A stretch of DNA of 64,000 nucleotides from Phycisphaerae bacterium (GTDB taxonomy: Bacteria > Planctomycetota > Phycisphaerae > SM23-33). Positions 56,868-64,000 of this stretch are shown piece after piece. The stretch is from assembly GCA_041687095.1 (NCBI GenBank), contig JAWLCQ010000005.1, positions 17,520 through 81,519 of the forward strand, given 5' to 3'. Within the stretch, counting starts at the first letter, position 1. Every line of letters starts with the position of its first letter. Below the pieces are notes generated by a model, which saw only the letters and a program-made list of their open reading frames with translations, was not told where the DNA came from and did no database searches. The position numbers and the translations under genes were made by a program.

Positions 56868-57391
56868 CAGACCACCCCCATCATGGAGGGGACAATGCAC
56901 AGGGCGCCGTCGCTCGTCGGAGGGATCTGCACCCAGCGTCCGTCCTGGAACTGGTGCAGTCCTGCGCCCGTCTCCAGGGTGACTCCACCGGCCCCGTAGC
57001 GCGCGATGACGAGGGAGAACATGCCCTCGAAAGGCATCAGGACGAGTCTGTCGTCTCCGTCGGAGTGCCGAGTGTCGTTCCCGGGGTGCGAATGCACCTG
57101 GGCCACGAGACAGATGCCCAGCGGCCTCGCAGCGCGGACCACCGCACCAACGGCCGCCTCGGACGCCATCACTCGCTGTGGCTCGTGGTCGCAAGGAGGA
57201 ACGGCGGCGCCCACCACGACCGAGTCCCGCTCGATTCGCCGGCCAAGCCAGTAGACCAAGCCCTCATGTCGCCCTTCTGGCCCGCGGAACCCCAGGAGTG
57301 CGATCCGAGTGTGCAGCACGACCGCCTCCGGAACGATCAGGCGGCCACGACTCTCACGCTGAGGGAGTTCTGTAATCCTGTAAAGGGTCAT
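56867..57391 (-). CDS. bilC: JAB/MPN deubiquitinase, BilC-like
   Basis: HEGLVYW Glu; QVHSHP..HSDGD. Confidence 0.9.
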   Translation of the reverse strand: MTLYRITELPQRESRGRLIVPEAVVLHTRIALLGFRGPEGRHEGLVYWLGRRIERDSVVVGAAVPPCDHEPQRVMASEAAVGAVVRAARPLGICLVAQVHSHPGNDTRHSDGDDRLVLMPFEGMFSLVIARYGAGGVTLETGAGLHQFQDGRWVQIPPTSDGALCIVPSMMGVV

Positions 57392-57855
57392 CAGTATACT
57401 CCCAGACTTGCCTTAAGGTGCCCAAGGACCACGGCGAGCATGCCGGCCAGGTTTGTGGCACGAACATGCCTTCGGACCTGAAGCCAGCATTCGGGCCCAC
57501 CCCAGTTGCTGTGCGGGCCGCCCAACTGGGAGTACGCGAGCCTGTTGAACGGCGCGCATATCAGGCGATTGCTGTGGAAGATGGACGAGACTCCCGCGGA
57601 GTGCCCCGCCTTGGGGAAGAGGCTCCGCTTGCCCTCCGGGTCCTCAAATATCCACGCCGGCGGCAGGGCTCGATACCCGTCCACGGATGCAACGATCCGC
57701 AGAGGTATTCCGTCGGCCGGGTGCTTTCCGGTGAAGGCGACCCGGAGCCCTTCCACTTCCCAACTCATGACCCACCCATGGCGTTCGGCGTAGGCTCGAA
57801 GGCCCGGAAGCTCGTCCTCGACGGCAGCAATCGTCACCTCCCGAGGGACACTCAC
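57391..57855 (-). CDS. bilB: E2-like conjugating enzyme, BilB-like
   Basis: GTGA overlap; GYRALPPAWIF, FH..LICAPFNR (Cys). Confidence 0.75.
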   Translation of the reverse strand: MSVPREVTIAAVEDELPGLRAYAERHGWVMSWEVEGLRVAFTGKHPADGIPLRIVASVDGYRALPPAWIFEDPEGKRSLFPKAGHSAGVSSIFHSNRLICAPFNRLAYSQLGGPHSNWGGPECWLQVRRHVRATNLAGMLAVVLGHLKASLGVY

Positions 57856-58148
57856 ACGCCACCCCCGGCGCTGACCAGCTCCAGCGAGTCCCCATCCTGA
57901 ACTCCGGCGGCGATGAGCGGCTTGTTGCGGTCCAGGATCTCGTCCTGGGCGTTCTGGAAGGTAGGGTCTTCCGCCGTGAGCCCGAAGGCCGCGGCGGCCT
58001 CTCGGGCGGCATCTCCGATCTTGGTCGTCTTGGGCCAGGTGAACTCCTTGGGTGTTGGCTGCGAGGGCTCGTACACCATGACGGTGATGGTGGGAGCCCC
58101 GTGGGGCTTGTCGTTCGATGGTCCGTGCGGTTTGTCGTCTTTGCTCAT
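57852..58148 (-). CDS. bilA: Ubiquitin-like protein ending GGG-V, BilA-like
   Basis: AGGAG RBS; beta-grasp pattern; GVQDGDSLELVSAGGGV. Confidence 0.85.
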   Translation of the reverse strand: MSKDDKPHGPSNDKPHGAPTITVMVYEPSQPTPKEFTWPKTTKIGDAAREAAAAFGLTAEDPTFQNAQDEILDRNKPLIAAGVQDGDSLELVSAGGGV

Positions 58149-58306
58149 TACGTATCTCCTGAGTTTTCTCGGGGGCACCCATTGCCCGCCTACCCTCTAA
58201 TGCTGACGACCTGGCCCTTCTTTGCCGCCCCATGGCAAAAAAACTTGCCTGGCCAGCATTAACAGGTAGGATGGTTCCCGGTGAAACAGTCGCCGGGGAG
58301 GTCGAA

Positions 58307-58906
58307 GTGACTGAAATAGCGAACCTTACGAACGAGCAGTGGGCGGAATACTTTGAGAGGATGACCCTCTATGCCAGCAATCTCTTCCGCGCCCGCGGAT
58401 GGGGAATCCGAGACAACTTCTTTGGTCCGGGGGGCATCACGCCTGGCGACATTGCGGCCGAGGCGGTTGAGAAGGTGCTCGACGGCAAGAGAACGTGCGA
58501 TCCGGATTCGTGCCCGAACTTGCTGCCCTTCCTCTGCGGCGTCGTCAGAAGCCTTGTCAGCAACTATATGAACTCGGCGGATGTCCAGCGAACACGGCCG
58601 ATGCCCCAGGTTCGTCGAGCGGGCGTGGGCGATCCCGTTGATGTGGAATTCGAAGGACGCGAGCCGACGCCATTGGAGAATTGCATCCGGCCCGATCTCG
58701 TGGATGCGATGAAGGCGATCGCCACCGAAGATGGGGATGAACTCGTGATGCAGATCGTGGAGTGCTTGGACAACGACATCACGAAGCCCGCTGAGATCGC
58801 CGAGTACCTGGACGTTGACATCAAGGACATCAACAACGCCCAGAAACGCTTCCGGCGTAAAGCCGAGAAGCTCCTGGAAAGGCCCCGGGCGGAGGTCAGA
58901 TCATGA
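58307..58906 (+). CDS. ECF-like sigma factor
   Basis: DIAAEAVEKVL..FLCGVVRSLVSN (region 2); PAEIAEYLDV..INNAQKRFRR (region 4). Confidence 0.75.
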   Translation: MTEIANLTNEQWAEYFERMTLYASNLFRARGWGIRDNFFGPGGITPGDIAAEAVEKVLDGKRTCDPDSCPNLLPFLCGVVRSLVSNYMNSADVQRTRPMPQVRRAGVGDPVDVEFEGREPTPLENCIRPDLVDAMKAIATEDGDELVMQIVECLDNDITKPAEIAEYLDVDIKDINNAQKRFRRKAEKLLERPRAEVRS

Positions 58907-59349
58907 CGGAACCGGAGCGGACCGACGACCGCAAGTGGCGCAAGCTCTTCACCTTCATCCTGCCCAATGAACAGGAGATGACGCGTGAAGAAGTGCAGGC
59001 CGAGTTGCGGCATCTCGGCATAGACACCCGTCCTGGTCTCGCACGGGTCCAACAGGCCCTCGCACGTTCGGCAAAGAGCCGCCAAGCACGCGCAGACCTG
59101 GAAGCGGCCAAGGCCGAGAGGCCATCCCTCCTTGCCCGTATCGCCAACAAGTCGGCGTCCCTCGGTGCCCTCACCAAGGACAAGCTGCGAGACATGATCG
59201 AAAAGGAGTTCTCGGGTCAACCAAAGCAGCAGGCGGCTTTCTTCCGCAAGCTTGAGTCAACCTCCAGCGAAGAGGATCTTAAGTCTCTCCTCGACGACAT
59301 GGCCAAGCTGGACGCCCTGGACGAGGATCCCGGCGATGTCGGCCGCTGA
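58903..59349 (+). CDS. Helical hypothetical protein (possible anti-sigma / peptidase substrate)
   Basis: ATGA overlap between sigma and IrrE genes. Confidence 0.7.
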   Translation: MTEPERTDDRKWRKLFTFILPNEQEMTREEVQAELRHLGIDTRPGLARVQQALARSAKSRQARADLEAAKAERPSLLARIANKSASLGALTKDKLRDMIEKEFSGQPKQQAAFFRKLESTSSEEDLKSLLDDMAKLDALDEDPGDVGR

Positions 59350-60124
59350 TGGAGCGAGGAATGCGGCCACCTGGGCAGGTGAGCAGCTTTGGCATCTCTA
59401 CAGCTACCGAGATCCGGCTGATCTTGTGCTGGAGGATCTTTCACTAGCCCGAAAAGTCCTCGTCACCGAGGACCGACTCGACAGAATGGACGCACGGCTC
59501 ATCCGCAAGGGGCACCGTGGGATCGTGCGGGTGAAGCGGGACATTCCGGAGCCAGCTCGAAAGCGTTTTGCTATCGCCCACGAACTCGGACACTGGGAGC
59601 TCCATGGCGACCGCTCGCAGGTGTTCGCTTGCACAGACGACGACATGATCGCGTCCTACAAGAGCAGTGCCATCGAAGGGGAAGCCAACTGCTTCGCCGC
59701 TGGACTTCTGATGCCCGGGTGGTTATTCGAGCAACGGCGAGACGGGCTTGCGTTGTCAGTCGCGGTGATCTCGGACCTCAAGACCTACTTCGAAACGTCA
59801 TTTACCGCGACGGCGATCCGGTACGTCGAGTTGAGCTCTGATCCGTGCGCCGTCGTTGTGTGTGCCGGTGGCAGGATTCGCTGGTGGCGCGGCAGCGACG
59901 AGTTCGTCCAGCGTTTCTGGCTCGAAACGGGATCGAAGCTGCTGCCGACCACGGTCGCTGGGCGCGTCTCTGCCGGAGAGGCGCCGCCGACGGGACCTGA
60001 CGAGGTTGATATCGGGGCCTGGTCCGAGAAGGGCGCCGACGACAGCCTCGACGGCGTCTTCCTGGAGGAATGCCTCACCATGGAGCGTTACAGGCAGACC
60101 CTGTGTCTGCTTCGAATGCCGTAG
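59336..60124 (+). CDS. ImmA/IrrE (CapP-like) Zn metallopeptidase
   Basis: RFAIAHELGH, EANCFAAGLLMP, FETSFTATAIR. Confidence 0.9.
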   Translation: MSAADGARNAATWAGEQLWHLYSYRDPADLVLEDLSLARKVLVTEDRLDRMDARLIRKGHRGIVRVKRDIPEPARKRFAIAHELGHWELHGDRSQVFACTDDDMIASYKSSAIEGEANCFAAGLLMPGWLFEQRRDGLALSVAVISDLKTYFETSFTATAIRYVELSSDPCAVVVCAGGRIRWWRGSDEFVQRFWLETGSKLLPTTVAGRVSAGEAPPTGPDEVDIGAWSEKGADDSLDGVFLEECLTMERYRQTLCLLRMP

Positions 60125-60191
60125 GCCAGCGCCCCGCGCTCCATCGAAACCGACGCATGTGCCGACACCGGCAGAGTTCAGGAGACGGCCA

Positions 60192-60768
60192 ATGAGTCAC
60201 TTCTCGTTCCGAGACTACTCCGTGCAGGAACTCCGAGACTGCGGTGAAGCTTTCCTCGCCCATTTCAGCGCGGCACCGCTGACAAGCACGCGGCAGTGGA
60301 CCGCCAGTGTCAAACGTTGGTTCTTCGACACCACTCCCCCCGACGGTTCCGTACGGGCTTTCATGAGCGGCGAGCGCGGGGAGTTCCTCTTCGATTTATG
60401 CCACACGACGTACCCCCACCGTCAAGGCCGGGGAGCGGGATATCACTGTTTGGCGGCGTGCACTGCATGAACCAGGGGGCCTGCGACTGAGGTTGGCCTT
60501 GGAAAGCGAGTGGGGGCGATGGAATGACAGCAAACTCACGTTTGTTGATGTGATGGAGGACGCCTGGAAGCTCACGGTCGTCAACGCAGTTGCAAAGGTC
60601 ATGGTCTTCGGTTCGCAGGCCACTGCGAACCGGCAAGAGATCGTTGGTGCTCTGAATCGCTTGCGAGAGCAGTCTGGCGATACTGCCCCGATGCTTTGGA
60701 TCGATGTGCCCTGGGAGACGGACGGGGATCTGACTGCTCGTCGCCTCGGCTACGGTGTGCTGACGTAG
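60192..60768 (+). pseudogene. Frameshifted PD-(D/E)XK-like gene
   Basis: EFLFDL in one frame and LALESEW..D..KL in the +1 frame; joined by removing one C at 60413-60417. Confidence 0.6.
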
Positions 60769-60953
60769 ATCCCTGACCCAAGCCTTCAGAGCACATGGAC
60801 ACCGAGGCTGTCCCATGCGGATCACGCCGCACAAAGAAGCCAAGCGATAGCTCGCCGCCCTGCCCGCCCCGGGTGTTCATCCAGCTCCGCCGAAAGCTAC
60901 ATCCGGGGCTTCACGTGGAGTTTGGACCGAAGGAGAGGAGTGATCAGGGGAAT

Positions 60954-61574
60954 CTACCCTCGAGCAGCGGTCATGATAGGACGCCGAGAGTCCCGAACGT
61001 ATCCGTAACCTTTGTACATCCACGGCATTCGGAAGTCCGATGGAATCTCCTTCCCGAAATAATCCGGATGAAGCGTTGTGGCAGCCCCCTTGACGAGGCA
61101 CGCGGTACGGACATCACCCGCCCCGACCTGCCTCAACGCTTCGAGATGGAACTTCATGGTCCCACCAGAGAGCACGTCGCCAGCAACCAGCAAGACGCGC
61201 TTCCCCGTCAAGGGCCGCAGGTCGATCAGATCGTTCGGCACCTCGCTGCGCTGACCGTCCTCCCATACGTACATCCTGTCCACCCCAAGGATCGGCACGT
61301 TCGATTTCTTGGGCCGCCCTCGCCCTTCGGGAAGGTTCCCTGACAGAATTGAGCCAAAGACAGCACCTCCACGGCCGATGGTCACGATCACGTCTGGATG
61401 GAAGCCCGAACAGGCTATTCTCTTGATGACCCTCTTCGACAGTCTGTCCACGTCCTTCCAGGAGAGGACGTTGAGGTTGAGCCACACCTGAACCGTCTTG
61501 TAGATCGTGGCCAGAAAACCCACAGCGGCGAACGCGTAGCCAAGCCAGGTCATGATCAGCATGATCGTTTCCAT
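60954..61574 (-). CDS. Type I phosphoribosyltransferase with N-terminal TM helix
   Basis: PDVIVTIGRGG, VLLVAGDVLSGGTM, PDY..MPW. Confidence 0.85.
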   Translation of the reverse strand: METIMLIMTWLGYAFAAVGFLATIYKTVQVWLNLNVLSWKDVDRLSKRVIKRIACSGFHPDVIVTIGRGGAVFGSILSGNLPEGRGRPKKSNVPILGVDRMYVWEDGQRSEVPNDLIDLRPLTGKRVLLVAGDVLSGGTMKFHLEALRQVGAGDVRTACLVKGAATTLHPDYFGKEIPSDFRMPWMYKGYGYVRDSRRPIMTAARG

Positions 61575-61589
61575 GTGGGGCCTCCCCGT

Positions 61590-62204
61590 CTACAGGAGCA
61601 GGTTGTGGATCGAAATGTTCAGGGCCCGAAGCGAGAAACCGGCTTCCTCAGCCCACGCAAGCTCCGTGATGCTGCAGTTATCCATGGGAATCGCGCGGAA
61701 GGCATTCAGTTGCAGGCCAAGCACCTTCGCAACGAACAGCCGGCCCATCGTTTTATGCCCTACGCAGGCAATCCGCTGGGCAGGCGTACTCGCTATGAGG
61801 CGCTTCATGCCTTCAAAGACCGCGTCGGCGTACTCGCGGATGCTCTGGCCGCCAGGAAACGTCATGTCGCCAGGACAGTCCCGCCACTGCATCGCCACGG
61901 GGTGCTCCGGAGCCAACTCCTCGATCGAGACACCATCGAACTCCCCGTAGTTGAACTCGATCAGTTCGCCGCGGACCTCCGCGGCCGGCCCGTCGGGGAA
62001 GATCAGAGCAGATGTTTCAATCGCGCGGGCAAGCGGGCTTGAGTAGACGGCGTCCACGGGAACAGCCTCGAAGAACCGCGAGAGAATGCGGCAATGCTCA
62101 CGGCCGGCTTCGGTCATCGGAACGTCGCTTATCCCGGAGAGCCGATTGGCATCCGCGTTAAGGCTGCTTTCGCCGTGCCGGATGAAGTAGATCCGCTTTG
62201 CCAT
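61590..62204 (-). CDS. Histidine phosphatase (PGM family)
   Basis: FIRHGES, SSPLARA, EFNYG, VGH, DNCS. Confidence 0.92.
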   Translation of the reverse strand: MAKRIYFIRHGESSLNADANRLSGISDVPMTEAGREHCRILSRFFEAVPVDAVYSSPLARAIETSALIFPDGPAAEVRGELIEFNYGEFDGVSIEELAPEHPVAMQWRDCPGDMTFPGGQSIREYADAVFEGMKRLIASTPAQRIACVGHKTMGRLFVAKVLGLQLNAFRAIPMDNCSITELAWAEEAGFSLRALNISIHNLLL

Positions 62205-62576
62205 CCTGGTATCCCATCTCAGATAAGTGCCTTCACGTTCATTATCACGAACCTCGAATGCGACGTCCAGAGCGATCCTCGCACCCGCGAGCAAAGCAAC
62301 CCCCAACCCCAGCACGTGGCCCGGATAGCTTCCGCAGGTTCCTCTGCTCCTCGCCGACCAGCACCGGGCCTGACGGAAAGCGGTGGAGTGAGTGGCGAAG
62401 GGGCCCTCCTTCCCTGGCCGCCATGGTCGCCAGAGAATGACCGCTCTGAACCACCCTGTGCCTCTCGCCCCGCAACGATCCGATCTGACACTGGCACAAC
62501 GGGATAGAGTCGGTAGAATTGGCCTCACTCGGCCGCCGCAGTTGCCAAACCCATTGGGCGGCGCATGGGGTGTGCC

Positions 62577-64000
62577 ATGGCAGGTGAGAGCGTTGATCGG
62601 CAGTTGGATGTGTTGGCGGAGGAAGTCCGCAAAGGCCACGTCGTCCTCTTCGTCGGGGCCGGTGGGTCCATGCAGAGCGGGTATCCCAGCTTCCGCGAAC
62701 TGTCCAGTTCGCTCCTGCGGTCCTTCCTCGCCGAACGCGGCCGCCAGGTGTCCGACGAGACTCGCCGCGCCCTGGAGCGGCGGGTCGAGTCCGGGCAGAC
62801 GGGCGAGATGCTTGAGGCCCTGGAGTACGTTCAGAACGAGTGGCAAGCCAAGCCCTGGGAACGGGCGCTCAAGGCGATGCTGAGCGGCCGCCCGCCCTCA
62901 CCGCTGCACCACGAGATCGCCCGCATTGCGTGGCCCGCCATTCTGACCACCAACTTCGACACGCTGATCGAGGACGCCCTCGTCGCCGCCGGCCGTTCAC
63001 CGCTGGTGCGAACGCCCACCCCCGGGCGCCAGTCGCCCTTGGCTGACGCATCGGCCATCCCCGTCCTGAAGCTTCACGGAGATCTCGCGGACCCCGGTTC
63101 CCTCCTGCTGACGATGCGGGCAGCGATGGAGCGGCAGATGGACCCCGCGTTCGCCGATGAGCTGCGCAGGCTGGCCCAGGACCACGTACTGCTGTTCGTT
63201 GGTTACTCGCTCCGCGACGTCGACATCCTGCAACCGTTCTTCGCCGCCCAGCAGGCGGGAGATAATCAGCGTCACTGGGCCATGCTGCCCGCGGGCCAGG
63301 TGGACGAGGTGAGCCAGGCGACGCTCTACCAGCGGTTCGGCGTGCAGGTGATCGAGTACCCCTCGGGGCGGCACGAGACGCTCGTCACGTGGATGCGCCG
63401 GATCGCCGACGCTGCCTCCCCTCCCGCCCCGGCGAGGACGGCTTCTTCGCACGACCCCGCAGCCGTGCATGCCTTCATCCGCCAGTTGTGCGAGGAACCA
63501 TCGCCACCGCCCCCCAAGCGGCGGGGAAGGGCGCCCGAGGTCGAACCGGGAAGGGAGCCCGCCCTTGCAAGAGACGCAGTGGTCTTGGGCGGAATGCTGG
63601 GCGACTGGGGCCTTGGGCCCGGGCGCATCAAGGGCGACCTTTCGCTCGTCGCCGTGCACCGCACGCGCGATTGCAGCCCAATGGGTGCCGAGGGCTGGGA
63701 TCTTCTGGGCGTGCTGGAGACTATGCCGGATCTGCGCTCCCTCCGCGGCCACACCGACGCGTTGGCGTCGGCCGCGTCGCGCGTGCGGACGGAGTTTCCC
63801 GGGCTGGATGTGCGAGCGTCGCTGGTGCTGCCCGCGCCGCCGGCACCGGAACTCGCCGAGGAGGCCCAGGCCCGCGGAGTCGCCGCTCGAAGCCTGCGCT
63901 ACATGCTCCTCCAGGAGTTCGGCCTGCGCGACCTGGCGGCCAACATCGTCGCCGACTTCACGCAGCGTGACGCCAACGACCCCGCCCGGCTGAGCAAGCG
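62577..64000 (+). CDS. SIR2-like domain protein, 3' end beyond window (not in supplied ORF track)
   Basis: Manual translation: VLFVGAGGS, ILTTNFD, LKLHGD, LFVGYSLRD; frame open to 64000. Confidence 0.9.
   Translation, partial: MAGESVDRQLDVLAEEVRKGHVVLFVGAGGSMQSGYPSFRELSSSLLRSFLAERGRQVSDETRRALERRVESGQTGEMLEALEYVQNEWQAKPWERALKAMLSGRPPSPLHHEIARIAWPAILTTNFDTLIEDALVAAGRSPLVRTPTPGRQSPLADASAIPVLKLHGDLADPGSLLLTMRAAMERQMDPAFADELRRLAQDHVLLFVGYSLRDVDILQPFFAAQQAGDNQRHWAMLPAGQVDEVSQATLYQRFGVQVIEYPSGRHETLVTWMRRIADAASPPAPARTASSHDPAAVHAFIRQLCEEPSPPPPKRRGRAPEVEPGREPALARDAVVLGGMLGDWGLGPGRIKGDLSLVAVHRTRDCSPMGAEGWDLLGVLETMPDLRSLRGHTDALASAASRVRTEFPGLDVRASLVLPAPPAPELAEEAQARGVAARSLRYMLLQEFGLRDLAANIVADFTQRDANDPARLSK

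Noticed and set aside
62205-62846. N-terminal extension of the phosphatase ORF (418 aa in track)
   Set aside because: Family domain starts at MAKRIYFIRHG (62204); the extension overlaps the SIR2 gene on the other strand

Overview
GC-rich bacterial accessory DNA; the gene repertoire is reminiscent of PVC-superphylum (Planctomycetota-like) prophages, which is an inference. It has four blocks. (1) 1-26.4 kb: late region of a lambdoid/siphovirus-like prophage. It contains a ParB-DNA methylase, an antisense cluster (amidoligase, class II GATase, HARE-HTH), GpA-type terminase, lambda-type portal, protease-capsid fusion, head/tail genes, holin/spanin-like genes, tape measure and tail tip genes. Three antisense morons interrupt it, and it is followed by a candidate two-hairpin poly-C-loop sRNA. 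(2) 27-39 kb: type I R-M operon with embedded accessory genes, GIY-YIG and NucS-like nucleases and a histone-like protein. (3) 39-47 kb, minus strand: large serine recombinase, two ParB-like proteins, three tandem paralogous proteins made only of ~65-aa 'FGSW' repeats, and a resolvase-like domain lacking its catalytic Ser. (4) 47-64 kb defence island: HEPN-like gene, a WYL/ABC-ATPase/HEAT-histidine kinase/response regulator operon, a Bil-type ubiquitination operon (Ubl-E2-JAB-E1) divergent from an ECF sigma/partner/IrrE-peptidase module, a His-phosphatase plus TM-PRTase pair and a SIR2-domain gene running off the window. No rRNA, complete tRNA or CRISPR array was seen. All family calls are by visual motif recognition, not database search.
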